From a virus (lineage: Duplodnaviria; Caudoviricetes), in the IMG/VR virus record IMGVR_UViG_3300021399_000122, positions 40,849 to 104,848 of that record: 64,000 nucleotides of DNA; one strand, 5' to 3'. The position numbers and the translations under genes were made by a program. The notes under the pieces are model-generated. The model was given only the letters and a program-made list of their open reading frames with translations. It was not told the origin of the DNA and did not search any database. Shown piece after piece: positions 11,125 to 22,060 of the stretch (position 1 is its first letter; each line of letters starts with the position of its first letter).

Positions 11125-13086
11125 ATGGCTAACATTACAAGCAAATGGGCGGAGGTAGATTGGTGGTCTGACGCCACGAGCGACGCCAATGTTAAAGCTT
11201 ATTGGAGAGTTATTGCGCGGTGCGAAGAGAGTAACTCCGATAACTATTCTAACGTATACTTTTATGTCCAAAAAAGCATAACGAATACAGCAGGCGGATG
11301 GGCAAATTATCCAGCAACTAAATCTATAAAAATCACGGGTACGGGTGCAGCAAACGATACGCATAGCGCAACTGCAACGTGGAACTTTGGATACTGCGAT
11401 AGTTCAGAATGGGTAGATGCATCTGGCAGCTACTCTGATTTTTATTGGAGTAAGGTAAGGCATAACAATGATGGCACTCTAACTGTACAAGCGCACATCA
11501 CTGGCGACCGCATCACGGCAGGCTTCCCTATTGACACTTATATCACCCTGACCTTTCCGACTATTCCAAGGGGTTCTACGATCACATCGTTCAGTAATTT
11601 TACTGTTGAGAACGGTTTTACCTTTTCGTACAAAGATATGCTCGATGGCAGGGCGCTTACGCTTGGTTGTGCAATAGGCAATACGAACGTGCTTTCGAAA
11701 ACATACACATCATCAGCAGGTTCACACTCCGATACTATTACATTTACCAAAGCGCAGCTCAATACTATTTACAGCGCAATTGGTTCAAAGGCAAACTCCG
11801 CCAACTTTACCCTAACACTATCGACTGGCAGCATCAGTGGGTCTTCCTCCGCGACTGCAAGAGGGTCGCTCGCCGCAGCTTCTAACAAGCCAACGGTAAG
11901 TTCACCAACTATGGCTGAGGCAAACAGCACTATGAAGACCTGTGGGGTCGCAGACACTGAGATTGTGCGGTATCTTTCGCAGAAAAGAATAACCGTCACC
12001 GTGTCTGCGAGAAACGGAGCGTCTATTTCGTCTGTCAAGGTAAAAAATGGTGACAACGGAACTAATGTCACAATGAGTTTGGTGTCTGGGAACACCTATT
12101 CTGCCATCGTTAATAATCCGTCGGTGGCAAAATATATTGTTACGGCGACTGACTCCCGTGGTTTTTCAACAAGCGCTAACGCTACTGGTACGCTAAAGCA
12201 GTATACGTACCCTTCAATCACCAAGGTGGCATTCGACAGAGACTCGGCTGTCGTGTCGACCGGCTTTATCCAGCCCACTGGTTCTTATTGGGGTGGCACC
12301 GCTGGTAACACGACAAATTCGGTGACGTGGAATTATCGAATTAACTCCGGCGCGGTATCGGCGAATTACACGCCCGCCCAAGCTGGTGGCACATGGAGCG
12401 GAGGAGTAACCCTCCCAGATGAGACCTTGTTAAGGGATCACACTTATTATTGCGACGTCACTGTCAAGGACTCGTTTGGACAAACTGCTACATACAGAGC
12501 GAGCATTGGTATCGCAGAGCTATCCGTCTGGATTGGAAAGCGCACAGTCAAAGCCGAAGGTTTTGTTGGGGAGCATTTCATTGGCGGCGAAGCAGACTGC
12601 GATAAGTATCTCAATGTATTCCCCGTTGGCGCAATCTACATGAGTGTTACAGATGTGAATCCGAGCACATATTTTGGTGGTACTTGGGTTCAAGTTGCAC
12701 AGGGTCGTGCATTAATTGGTGCGGGCAGTTTGCAAGCAAATACAGTTAACACTTGGGGTGATGTCACAGTTGGAGGATTTAATCCTGCTGTAAATGAACG
12801 CGGTGGTACATATACTCATAGACACTTTATGGACGGTCAGGATGCAGATGGCCCGCGTGCCGCAGTCGGTGCCACAGATAGTGATGTTAACTCAATTGGC
12901 TATGTCAGCTCACCACCAAGTGCTTGGGGGCCTTCAAGTACTAAACAGTATTCACTTTCTGCAACGATGAAAGACAAAACAGTTGATCATTCATTTAACC
13001 ACTACACGCCGGTATTTGGTTATACGCGTGGTTCAACGCTCGTAGAACCGTATCTAGCGGTGTATATATGGCAACGCACAGCTTAA
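11125..13086 (+). CDS. Minor tail/baseplate protein (DUF859-like N-terminus, Gp10-like C-terminal domain)
   Basis: Ser/Thr-rich beta-type sequence; C-terminal 'FPVGAIYMSV..NP..YFGGTW...GRALIG...EPYLAVYIWQRTA' motif. Confidence 0.7.
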   Translation: MANITSKWAEVDWWSDATSDANVKAYWRVIARCEESNSDNYSNVYFYVQKSITNTAGGWANYPATKSIKITGTGAANDTHSATATWNFGYCDSSEWVDASGSYSDFYWSKVRHNNDGTLTVQAHITGDRITAGFPIDTYITLTFPTIPRGSTITSFSNFTVENGFTFSYKDMLDGRALTLGCAIGNTNVLSKTYTSSAGSHSDTITFTKAQLNTIYSAIGSKANSANFTLTLSTGSISGSSSATARGSLAAASNKPTVSSPTMAEANSTMKTCGVADTEIVRYLSQKRITVTVSARNGASISSVKVKNGDNGTNVTMSLVSGNTYSAIVNNPSVAKYIVTATDSRGFSTSANATGTLKQYTYPSITKVAFDRDSAVVSTGFIQPTGSYWGGTAGNTTNSVTWNYRINSGAVSANYTPAQAGGTWSGGVTLPDETLLRDHTYYCDVTVKDSFGQTATYRASIGIAELSVWIGKRTVKAEGFVGEHFIGGEADCDKYLNVFPVGAIYMSVTDVNPSTYFGGTWVQVAQGRALIGAGSLQANTVNTWGDVTVGGFNPAVNERGGTYTHRHFMDGQDADGPRAAVGATDSDVNSIGYVSSPPSAWGPSSTKQYSLSATMKDKTVDHSFNHYTPVFGYTRGSTLVEPYLAVYIWQRTA

Positions 13087-13124
13087 AAAGTGCGTTTTTA
13101 TTTTTCTTTCGGAAGGAGGAACTC

Positions 13125-14927
13125 ATGCCCTATATAAAAACAGAATGGGTAGATAACGAAACAGCAATTACAGCCAAACGATTAAACAAAATGGAGGCTG
13201 GAATTGAATTGGCGAGCAGTGTGCTCCCGGACAACGATGGTGCGGTTGGCCAGGTTCTCACCAAAACTGAGGACGGTACGCGTTGGGCCGAGGGTGGACG
13301 GCCTGCGACTGTGACCGGAGAAACGCTTGACCTGAATGGATCATCGTGGAGCGGTGGAGGAGATCACGGTGTTGCAGTCGAAGTAGATACGACCCTGTCA
13401 GTTAGCGGTGCGGCGGCAGACGCTAAAACGGTTGGCGATGCAATTGGTGATCGTTCAAAACTGGAAACAACCGCCAAGACCGACCTCGTATCTGCTATCA
13501 ATGAAGCAGCTCAGAGAGGCGGAGCTGATATTACTTATGATGGCGACACGATGATCGTCGACAAAAAAGGCGAAGGTGGATCGAGCGAATGTGAAGCAGT
13601 CGATAAGGTAGCAAGAAAAGCTATCGGCAATGTGGCAAGCACAGCCGATCCAGTGTCAGATGACTATCGCTATAACAAACTTCTAATTTCCGAAACAGAT
13701 GTATCTCCATCTGAACAGTATTATTCAACTGTTGTTGAAAACGGTGAGTTGAGGAAAGTCATTAATCCATCAACTTCAACATTTTTTAACAACGGAGTGA
13801 ATGATGTGTGCGCAGCATTAACCATTGCCGATGACTATCTGAAGAACTGGGATCAGTTTTACTATGACATGTCAATTGGCGGAAAGGGAGGATTCGTTTA
13901 TAACGGAACATTCGACAATCCAGAAGAGGATGCTCCTGCGCTTAATCAAAACGGTCAGAAGGCAATGAATTGTGCTATATTCACAAATTTAGTGCTGCAA
14001 GGAGTGCCGTACACTTATTCAACGTACAGTAAACTCACACCGACCTATAAGAATTTAGCAACGAATCCGGTCTTTGCTCCGAAGTCCAAAGATGCTATTG
14101 CTTACGGTCTTGAAAACCAGTATACATATCCGAATCTTTCACATCATGGTCTGTATACTTGGAAACTTGCAAGATATTTATATGATATGGGAGTATTAAG
14201 ACCTGTTGGCGATAACATGATCATGAACACTGGACTCGGCTATCAAGCAGAAGGCACTTATAACCCAGGCGATATTCTTTTCTTTGCGCAGGATGGAAGC
14301 GTTAATGATTATTTCATGGGTGTTCGTCATTGTGCACTGTTAGCAGGCTTCATTGGCTATTCAACTCTCAAGAAAAATATGTTGATTATTGAATGCTCAT
14401 CTGTGAATAGTAGCCCAAATATTTCTGCATTGAAAGTCCGTACATTAAGAGACAGCGATAATATTGTCGCTGCTTTTACTCCCGGCTACAACAACGGACT
14501 GAATTTAATGGCGCAGCCTACTACTAGTTTTGATGAAGACAATCAAGCATTTTCAACAAATCTCGTTGTTGAAAGAAATAACGTTGCTTGTCACGGATCA
14601 GATAACGCAATAAGTGTAAACAGTCAGTTTAGCGGGGTATTTAGCCATGCCAAACAATACAGAGGTGCATGCGTGCTTGTTGTTGATCCTATTTACACTA
14701 ACAGTGTTGCTGCTGTCAAATGGGTGATCACATATCATAATACACTTGATTCATGGTCGGATTCGATTCTCAACGGATCTGGCGAACATGCGATGGTGGG
14801 AGTTGGAAAGTTTATGATTCCGATTCCATATGGAACTGAAGTCAGCCTGTATACAGATTCGGATTATGTATCTGCTGCAAATTTGAAGCTGAATATTGTC
14901 ACTTCAGATAAGTTCTTGAAAGTTTGA
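13125..14927 (+). CDS. Tail-associated protein with divergent NlpC/P60-like domain
   Basis: Start moved to the ATG after GGAGG. N-terminal 'YIKTEWVD...ITAKRLNKMEAGI' and 'DTTLSVSGAAADAKTVGD' are fibre motifs; 'NCAIF...PGDILFF...HCAL' has Cys/His spacing like NlpC/P60. Confidence 0.6.
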   Translation: MPYIKTEWVDNETAITAKRLNKMEAGIELASSVLPDNDGAVGQVLTKTEDGTRWAEGGRPATVTGETLDLNGSSWSGGGDHGVAVEVDTTLSVSGAAADAKTVGDAIGDRSKLETTAKTDLVSAINEAAQRGGADITYDGDTMIVDKKGEGGSSECEAVDKVARKAIGNVASTADPVSDDYRYNKLLISETDVSPSEQYYSTVVENGELRKVINPSTSTFFNNGVNDVCAALTIADDYLKNWDQFYYDMSIGGKGGFVYNGTFDNPEEDAPALNQNGQKAMNCAIFTNLVLQGVPYTYSTYSKLTPTYKNLATNPVFAPKSKDAIAYGLENQYTYPNLSHHGLYTWKLARYLYDMGVLRPVGDNMIMNTGLGYQAEGTYNPGDILFFAQDGSVNDYFMGVRHCALLAGFIGYSTLKKNMLIIECSSVNSSPNISALKVRTLRDSDNIVAAFTPGYNNGLNLMAQPTTSFDEDNQAFSTNLVVERNNVACHGSDNAISVNSQFSGVFSHAKQYRGACVLVVDPIYTNSVAAVKWVITYHNTLDSWSDSILNGSGEHAMVGVGKFMIPIPYGTEVSLYTDSDYVSAANLKLNIVTSDKFLKV

Positions 14928-14935
14928 GGCGACTT

Positions 14936-16423
14936 ATGGCAGAAAAAAAGATACTACGTAAAATCTACGATAAAGAATCTGACGTCTTGTATGACATTGG
15001 TGGCGCTGTTGATGCTTCTATCGATGGCGATGCGCTGGTGATTGATACTGATACATCTGATAATACTTTTTCAAATGACGATACAGTTGCATTTGCCCCA
15101 ATCTATAAAGGTGACTATCTCACAAAAGATCTTCCTAGTTCGTGTCTGTTAATTGACGGATATTTTTATACATTTAATGCAACAACGAATACCGACAATA
15201 AAGGAACGTTACGAGCATTTAATGTTTCAAATAATTCCGAGGATACTGGTAAAGCTAAGAGTATAAAACTTGGTCATGCAAATTCGGCAGCGTATGATCC
15301 GGATAATGGCAAAATTTATATTGCTCCGATTTGGGATTATTCATCCGGAAATCCGGTTAACATCAACGAGTTATATGTTTATGGTACTAGCTTTACAACC
15401 GTTGACTCTGTAACACTTCCTACTAGGGCATTGGGTGTGTCATATGACGACCATACCGGCACGTTATATTACATCGACTATAACTATGATGTTTATAAAA
15501 TTAAATCGGAAAATGAAATTGTAAAATATTCAACGGTCGATGTCGACAATTCGGATTTGCAGTTTGCCACAAACGACACAGATTATAGTTTTAACCAAGA
15601 TTTTGCCGTGAACAATGGGCGTTTTTATCTTTCATCGCCAGTAGGTATTATAGCAACTGGCGTTCTAGAAAAAGGCAAGACCTCAAAAATAGATGGATTC
15701 TATCACATGCTTCATAACGACACTTGGAATAGATATTTCATCGGAGAACTTGAAGGAATGGAATTCGTTGACGATCATCTCATTGCCTCTGTTTACAGCG
15801 ATTTGAATCTCGGTTATAAAAACGGAATGGTTGTAGAACTTCCAATAACCAGCGTGGCGCCAACTCAGGGAGCATTCGGTTGGGGATTGACGAATAATAC
15901 ATTTTCGATCAACAACACCACGATTAACAAATTTAGACTGGCATCGAACGAACTTAGAAGTCTTAATCAGCTGACTAACTGTATTTTTAAACCGTCAGCT
16001 ATTAATGTTGGAGAATCTGGGGGATCATTTACAGATCCTTGTGATGAACCTATTATTACAAGTTCGGCGCTGATTAGAATTAAAGGCAAATATTCAGTCA
16101 AGAATATTACAGTTTTTAATGGCGAAGTAAATTTCCATTTTGATGCTTCTGATTCAGTTCTCGAATTACGTGCCACAAGCGGTGTATGTATTGGGAACGA
16201 TCGGAATGGGATGATACATTTCAGCAGTCCTAATAACCAGATAAACATCTCAACTCCAAACTATAGTGCTAGTTCTGTATCGCTTCTTGGAATCGGATAT
16301 GTTGGGCCTGTTACGGTTATTCATAAGCCATTAGCATCTCTTGAAAATAAGAGCGCTTTAAACATCGGTTCTACGAATGTAATAGGCGAAACCGGTATAT
16401 TTGTAGGAAGTGTCAAGAAATAG
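14936..16423 (+). CDS. Tail-associated/receptor-binding protein (possible beta-propeller)
   Basis: ATG after GAGG; N-terminus shared with the 16435 gene; 'LGHANSAAYDP..GKIYIA' and 'ELEGM' are propeller-like motifs. Confidence 0.5.
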   Translation: MAEKKILRKIYDKESDVLYDIGGAVDASIDGDALVIDTDTSDNTFSNDDTVAFAPIYKGDYLTKDLPSSCLLIDGYFYTFNATTNTDNKGTLRAFNVSNNSEDTGKAKSIKLGHANSAAYDPDNGKIYIAPIWDYSSGNPVNINELYVYGTSFTTVDSVTLPTRALGVSYDDHTGTLYYIDYNYDVYKIKSENEIVKYSTVDVDNSDLQFATNDTDYSFNQDFAVNNGRFYLSSPVGIIATGVLEKGKTSKIDGFYHMLHNDTWNRYFIGELEGMEFVDDHLIASVYSDLNLGYKNGMVVELPITSVAPTQGAFGWGLTNNTFSINNTTINKFRLASNELRSLNQLTNCIFKPSAINVGESGGSFTDPCDEPIITSSALIRIKGKYSVKNITVFNGEVNFHFDASDSVLELRATSGVCIGNDRNGMIHFSSPNNQINISTPNYSASSVSLLGIGYVGPVTVIHKPLASLENKSALNIGSTNVIGETGIFVGSVKK

Positions 16424-16434
16424 TGAGGTGACTT

Positions 16435-17829
16435 ATGACAGAAAAAAAGATACTACGTAAAGTCTATGATAGAGCGTCCGGCATCTGGTATGACATTGGT
16501 GGATCTGTCAATGCTTCTATCGATGGCAATTCGCTGGTAATCGGTAGCGACAAGATTGATGCGAACGCGTATCCGTCATCAACTCTTGATATTCTGACGA
16601 CTCAAGTCATCTATAATGCGATGATGAGCTACCACATGCATATTTGGTCTATAGGAAGCAACAACAAATTTAGTTATGGCAACTATCTGACAAACAATAC
16701 TTCTGGTAATAGCATGACCGCATTAGATCCTGAAGGAAGCGGAACCGTATACGACAAGCTTGATTGTTCGACATTTGTGCTTCTTTGTTTGATGGGTATA
16801 CCATTTCAGGATTCTCCTTATAACGGAAAAACAAACATTAGTCCAGTTACAACATTCGAACGGTTCTTCAAAGTTGATCCGGAACGAAATCCTTCAGGAC
16901 GAATCAGATGGGCTGGAGAACTGTTGGAATACGCAGAGAGCAACGGCCTTGTTTACAAATACACTGACCCGAAGCAGGTAAAAACAGGCGATGTGGTCTT
17001 TTATATTTGGGACGACGATAAATGGGCAGAATTCCCATCGACAAGTTTCGCCAAGAAGGGATACGGGGCGTATAAACACTGTGCGCACGTAGGAATGCTC
17101 ATTGATGGTTGCACCATGGATGGCTATACGAATGGGATTGGCATCATCCAGGCCATGAGCACTGATGCACTTATCGATTTACGTCCTTGGGAGGGCTTTG
17201 AAATCCCAGGACAGCATTTATATCCTTACATCATGAGACCTAATCTGAAACTGATCGGTGATGTATGGGCTCGTGGATTATGGAAATTCAGAAGTCCTGG
17301 CGACAGAACGAATCCGGACAAACTGTTTCTGAATTACTATATGGATTCGCAAGCAGTCAGATTTTCTGGCAACAGGATTCCGTCAAACGCTTTTGACTTT
17401 GGTCTTACAAGCGGCGCGCCGGACGACACTAAAACAGGAAGATTGACGACATACTACATTCCATATTCGCCATCGATTGTAATTGAAGGATTTCAGTCCG
17501 GAACAAAGTACATTGCATCGTATTACAACGCTAATCAGGAATACATTGATTTAACGACTAATACGATCGATCGAACAAAGAAGAACACCGCTTATATTCG
17601 ACTGTCTTTCGAGAGCGCTACGAATGATGGAGTTCTTACGGCAGATCAGAAAACGGCTCTCATCAATAACATCGTCATTCGTTATCACAACGAGAGCATG
17701 GCATATGTAAGAGATGAGAATATAAATTCGCATTTGCCAAGTTACAACGGAGTTGATAGCGTATTTTACTTTACGACTCCGACGCTGATTAATCCGCAGG
17801 TTGTGTCTGGTAATTTATATTTGGAGTAA
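16435..17829 (+). CDS. Tail-associated NlpC/P60-like (papain-fold) protein
   Basis: 'LDCSTFV...KTGDVVFY...HVGMLI' matches the NlpC/P60 DCS/GD/HVG pattern. Confidence 0.65.
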   Translation: MTEKKILRKVYDRASGIWYDIGGSVNASIDGNSLVIGSDKIDANAYPSSTLDILTTQVIYNAMMSYHMHIWSIGSNNKFSYGNYLTNNTSGNSMTALDPEGSGTVYDKLDCSTFVLLCLMGIPFQDSPYNGKTNISPVTTFERFFKVDPERNPSGRIRWAGELLEYAESNGLVYKYTDPKQVKTGDVVFYIWDDDKWAEFPSTSFAKKGYGAYKHCAHVGMLIDGCTMDGYTNGIGIIQAMSTDALIDLRPWEGFEIPGQHLYPYIMRPNLKLIGDVWARGLWKFRSPGDRTNPDKLFLNYYMDSQAVRFSGNRIPSNAFDFGLTSGAPDDTKTGRLTTYYIPYSPSIVIEGFQSGTKYIASYYNANQEYIDLTTNTIDRTKKNTAYIRLSFESATNDGVLTADQKTALINNIVIRYHNESMAYVRDENINSHLPSYNGVDSVFYFTTPTLINPQVVSGNLYLE

Positions 17830-17832
17830 TCT

Positions 17833-19011
17833 ATGGCATTTGTTAATAAAATTTACGATAAAGATAATGATGTTTGGTACGATATTGTCGGGAATAAATC
17901 AAATCAGAATAGTTTCCCAACGGCATCCGGCCCAAACTATGATTTTCTTCCATGCTTAAAAACATGGCTTTATAACAACGATAAACTTAGGTATTCAAAC
18001 CTAGGAGGAAATCCGAATAGTTTTAATAGAGTCAATAAAGTAAACTCGATGATTACGGAGCCATTAGCGAGTTCGGTTGTCGACGGGAAGTATCCGATCG
18101 ACTGCCAGTCGTTAGTTATGATATGCTTAATGGGTATAGGCTTTGAAGAATCTGTATTTGGAGATAGGTCAAATACTCCAAAATATCCTAGAGCCCCTAT
18201 CAATTTCCTTTCTGATGACTTTTGCAAGTATACGTTGATCGTTGGTCACGGCGAAACAAAGTCATTACCGGATAATATTTCGTACAGACGACTAGCAACT
18301 TGGCAATTTGCAGAATTCTTGGACAGTATTGGCATGTACTATCATGTTGGAGAAGGGTTCTCTTTAGATAGTCTTCAGCCTGGGGATATTTTGTTCGAAG
18401 GAAGAGATGAATATTTGCCCAAACTTGATGGTATTTTTCACGCAGAATTTTATGTTGGTAAAACACATCTTGATGGTGTTTGGGTGGCAGAATCAGCAAG
18501 TTCCCAAGACACTTATCCAGTTCATATAAGACATAAATCAATAAGCACCCTAAAAGAAAAACTTGTTGGTTATGCAAGAATTCCACTTGGTTATAACAAT
18601 TACGGTAATGTGAACGACAATATTGCAACATTCACTAGTGGGAATACTGCATATAAGCATACAGCTACACTTGATGCTCCGGCAGCAAATTGGGACTTAT
18701 ATGAGGTAACGGTTAAGTACACATATAAGGATGCCAACGCTATTGGAAATGCTTTCCCGGCCATTGATATTGGCATGTGGATCTATTCAAGATATAGTGA
18801 CGATACAATGCCTAACGTCAAGGTAAACGTCCCGATTGTAATTAAGCACATCGTATGCGTTAATCCAGAGTATCACGAATTAACGGCCGATAATGTTACG
18901 ACATTAACAGCGACTTTATATGTACCTAGTGACAAATCTTATACAGTAACTGATTCATCAGGAACCACGCAGATTATTTCTGTGAAAGCTCTTATGAGAA
19001 AGAACGGGTGA
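17833..19011 (+). CDS. Tail-associated NlpC/P60-like protein
   Basis: 'IDCQSLV...LQPGDILF...HAEFYVG'; paralogous to the 16435 gene. Confidence 0.6.
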   Translation: MAFVNKIYDKDNDVWYDIVGNKSNQNSFPTASGPNYDFLPCLKTWLYNNDKLRYSNLGGNPNSFNRVNKVNSMITEPLASSVVDGKYPIDCQSLVMICLMGIGFEESVFGDRSNTPKYPRAPINFLSDDFCKYTLIVGHGETKSLPDNISYRRLATWQFAEFLDSIGMYYHVGEGFSLDSLQPGDILFEGRDEYLPKLDGIFHAEFYVGKTHLDGVWVAESASSQDTYPVHIRHKSISTLKEKLVGYARIPLGYNNYGNVNDNIATFTSGNTAYKHTATLDAPAANWDLYEVTVKYTYKDANAIGNAFPAIDIGMWIYSRYSDDTMPNVKVNVPIVIKHIVCVNPEYHELTADNVTTLTATLYVPSDKSYTVTDSSGTTQIISVKALMRKNG

Positions 19012-19014
19012 CTT

Positions 19015-19218
19015 ATGACTTATATTTCAAAAATTAATGACAAAGACAATGATATTTACTACGATATCGCAGATGTACAAGCGAGAGCTGGCATTGAAGA
19101 TTTAAAGAGCCAATTTGATGAGACCACTATCGGTGGTATTGATGAAATTGTAAACGCATGGCTCGATAAACACCCCGAAGCAATAATGACTGTGACCGGA
19201 GAGGTACTCGACTTATGA
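19015..19218 (+). CDS. Small tail-region protein
   Basis: 67 aa; N-terminal 'KINDKDNDIYYDIAD' shared with upstream genes; 'VNAWLDKHPEA' is a phage fibre motif. Confidence 0.55.
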   Translation: MTYISKINDKDNDIYYDIADVQARAGIEDLKSQFDETTIGGIDEIVNAWLDKHPEAIMTVTGEVLDL

Positions 19219-19550
19219 CGGCGAGAATTTCTGGCAAGACTATCACCCTCACAAGAGGTGATACATTTAAGGCTACGGTAGAGATTTTCAACGAAGATGG
19301 TAGTGTATACGTCCCTCTCCCAGGGGACGAGGTACGCTTCGCTATGAAGCAAAACTATAACTCAACCGAAATAAAGCTTGAAAAAGAAATCCCAATTGAC
19401 ACCTTGTTACTCGAAATTGACCCTGCAGACACAAAGTGGTTAAAACAGCCGGCTGATTATGTTTATGATATTCAACTGACGCATATCAACGGAGACATTG
19501 ACACCTTCATCGCCAATGGAAAGTTTAGAATTATCGAGGAGGTAGATTGA
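19215..19550 (+). CDS. BppU-like baseplate upper protein N-terminal domain
   Basis: 'ITLTRGDT...YVYDIQLT...DTFI..GKF.I.EEV' pattern. Confidence 0.65.
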   Translation: MTARISGKTITLTRGDTFKATVEIFNEDGSVYVPLPGDEVRFAMKQNYNSTEIKLEKEIPIDTLLLEIDPADTKWLKQPADYVYDIQLTHINGDIDTFIANGKFRIIEEVD

Positions 19551-19810
19551 TGCCTGATAAGCTTAGTGGAACACTGTCGCAAAACGGAAAGCTCAGCGGT
19601 GTCTTGTCGACGAAGAACAGACTTACAGGGCAACTTTCGATGGCTGTTGATGCCGTTTTTAATGATGACTACAACAAACTAAAAGAGGATACGCTCCCTC
19701 AAATAAACAGCGTGGCTTTAAAGGGAAATAAACTCTCGTCTGAACTGCATGTTCAACACGAGATGAATGCAATTTCATATCAGGATATTGATGAATTGCT
19801 TTTTGGATAG
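19547..19810 (+). CDS. Small structural-region protein
   Basis: Overlapping-stop coupling; 'DYNKL....PQINSVALKGNK' motif common in phage tail regions. Confidence 0.55.
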   Translation: MMPDKLSGTLSQNGKLSGVLSTKNRLTGQLSMAVDAVFNDDYNKLKEDTLPQINSVALKGNKLSSELHVQHEMNAISYQDIDELLFG

Positions 19811-19826
19811 ATTGGAGGAAATGAAC

Positions 19827-20663
19827 ATGTCCGATAGTTTTCTGAACTTAACTGGTCTCAGGTATTATCACGATAAGTTGAAGAGTTTATTTGCAAAAAA
19901 GTCAGATGTCGACACAGCGCTTTCCGACAAAGTTGACAAAGAAACCGGCAAAGGATTATCGACAAATGACTATACAACAACAGAAAAGAATAAGCTGAGG
20001 GATATCGCTACCGGCGCTCAGGTAAACGTAATCGAGTCTGTTAAGGTTAATGGAAATGCTTTAAACATTACGGCTAAGGCTGTTGACGTGAATGTGCCGA
20101 CGGCAGTTTCTCAGCTTACAAATGATGGTAACTTTGTAACAGATGCAAGCTACGTTCATACAGACAACAACTTCACTGATACATTGTTATCAAAGCTTAA
20201 TGGTATTGCAGATGGCGCAACAAAAACAACAATCGATTCAGAGCTGAACTCCACCAGCGCCAACCCCGTACAAAACAAAGTAATCAACACAGCTCTTGGT
20301 GCGAAGGCCCCGCTTGCAACCCCTACGTTCACAGGAACGCCTAAGGCTCCAACTGCGGCTGCAGGAACAAATACAACTCAGATCGCAACCACCGAATTCG
20401 TGACAACAGCAGTTGCAAATGCAATTGCTGGCGTTACATCTATCAGCTATCAAGTCGTTACAAGCCTGCCGGCAACAGGTGAAAACGGTGTCATTTATCT
20501 GGTTGCTCACTCACACGGAGCCGGAGATGCATATGACGAATATGTCTGGGCTGGTACATCGTTTGAGAAGCTTGGCAATACAGACATTGACCTGTCTGGC
20601 TATATGCTGAAGACAGACATGATTGCAATTACTACGGCTGAGATCGATACATTATTTGCGTAA
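19827..20663 (+). CDS. Head/tail fibre protein
   Basis: 'KVDKETGKGLSTNDYTTTEKNKL' and 'KAPLATPTFTGTPKAPT...TTQIATT.FV' fibre repeats; start chosen by GGAGG spacing. Confidence 0.7.
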   Translation: MSDSFLNLTGLRYYHDKLKSLFAKKSDVDTALSDKVDKETGKGLSTNDYTTTEKNKLRDIATGAQVNVIESVKVNGNALNITAKAVDVNVPTAVSQLTNDGNFVTDASYVHTDNNFTDTLLSKLNGIADGATKTTIDSELNSTSANPVQNKVINTALGAKAPLATPTFTGTPKAPTAAAGTNTTQIATTEFVTTAVANAIAGVTSISYQVVTSLPATGENGVIYLVAHSHGAGDAYDEYVWAGTSFEKLGNTDIDLSGYMLKTDMIAITTAEIDTLFA

Positions 20664-20677
20664 GGCGGTGACGCTCT

Positions 20678-21925
20678 ATGGCAAATAAGTATTTAGATCC
20701 TAATAGCTTATCATATTTTTTAAATAAAATAAAAACATTTTTAGCCAACCAAGCCGTTGTGCATAAAACCAAATCCATCCCATTCGGTCAAGTTGATAGT
20801 ACATCCACAGCCACCGTTTTTACAGCAACGGTTGATGGCATAACCGAATTGGCGGATGGTGTATGTGTGATGCTTAAGAATGGTGTGATAACCTCGGCAT
20901 CTGGATGCACTCTTAATGTAAATAATTTAGGTGCAAAACCTATTTATCACACGAATGGAGAAGAAAGTAGAGTTGGCACGTCTTTCAATGTAGCATACAC
21001 GTGGTTATTTGTTTATAACAGCACTCGTGTTGATGGTGGATGTTGGGACGCATATTGGGGATATAATTCTGATTCGAATGATACAACAACTGGATATGTA
21101 CGAATTGCTTACGGTCAGTTTAAACCAACAACAAATTTATACCGTTATCAGGTATGTTTGACAAAAAACGAAGAAGAAATAATACCTGTTACTGAAGTAT
21201 CAAATAACACTGGTACCGCAAAAGCACTGACAACAGAGTCATTTAACCCGTTCGCTCCAGTTTATTATTACTCTTCAACAGCAACCGTTACTGCTGGAAC
21301 GCTTATAACTGCCTCTTATATTTGGTCGGCATACGCGAGAGTAAATATAAGGTATTCGTTTAATACTGGCGCCACTTTGACGGCAAATAAAGACGTTTAT
21401 ATTCGAGCAACATTAACAAATGGTATTGAGGCGAAACTTGCGGCCGATCCAATTACACAGGAATTACCATCAAGCGATGATGGCTATATTTACATTAAAC
21501 TTGGTCATTCATGTGACAATTATAGAGTTTCGTTGACATATGATCACCCAATATATATTTATAAAAACGGAGCAATTAGAACATTGTCCGGATATAGCGA
21601 GTATGCACAATATGTTAATGGGCACACCGTTAGCTCGGACGTTCCGGCGAATGCCGTGTTCACAGATACAGTAACAACGGTCGCAGCAACAGGCACAGGT
21701 AATGCAGTCACAGACTTGTCCGCAACAAACGGAGCCATCACAGCAACATATGGTGCAACTTTCCTCACAGAACATCAGGATATTTCTGGGAAAATGGATA
21801 TTCCTGCCGGCGGTAGTGCTGGACAGGTGTTGACTAAAACAGCAAATGGATACGAATGGGAAGATCCAATTTTGCTTGATGCTTACGTTGCAGGTGAAGT
21901 GATCACATTTACAGATAATAGGTAG
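20678..21925 (+). CDS. Tail fibre-like protein
   Basis: 'TLNVNNLGAKPIY', 'VPANAVFTDT' and 'GGSAGQVLTKT' fibre motifs. Confidence 0.65.
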   Translation: MANKYLDPNSLSYFLNKIKTFLANQAVVHKTKSIPFGQVDSTSTATVFTATVDGITELADGVCVMLKNGVITSASGCTLNVNNLGAKPIYHTNGEESRVGTSFNVAYTWLFVYNSTRVDGGCWDAYWGYNSDSNDTTTGYVRIAYGQFKPTTNLYRYQVCLTKNEEEIIPVTEVSNNTGTAKALTTESFNPFAPVYYYSSTATVTAGTLITASYIWSAYARVNIRYSFNTGATLTANKDVYIRATLTNGIEAKLAADPITQELPSSDDGYIYIKLGHSCDNYRVSLTYDHPIYIYKNGAIRTLSGYSEYAQYVNGHTVSSDVPANAVFTDTVTTVAATGTGNAVTDLSATNGAITATYGATFLTEHQDISGKMDIPAGGSAGQVLTKTANGYEWEDPILLDAYVAGEVITFTDNR

Positions 21926-22060
21926 ACACAGTTTAACTGTGGAAATCAGAACCGTCCACCCTACTGGGCGACCGTGATAGTCGGTCTTTTTTTATGGCAA
22001 TACATATCGCTTGGCCAAGGTTAGCCGGCCATGCGGTAAACAGCTGAATATTTATACAAA

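Noticed and set aside
195-21775. Numerous minus-strand and alternate-frame ORFs nested in the structural genes (likewise + strand ORFs in 25.3-64 kb)
   Set aside because: They are shadow ORFs of well-supported genes with no motifs or RBS.
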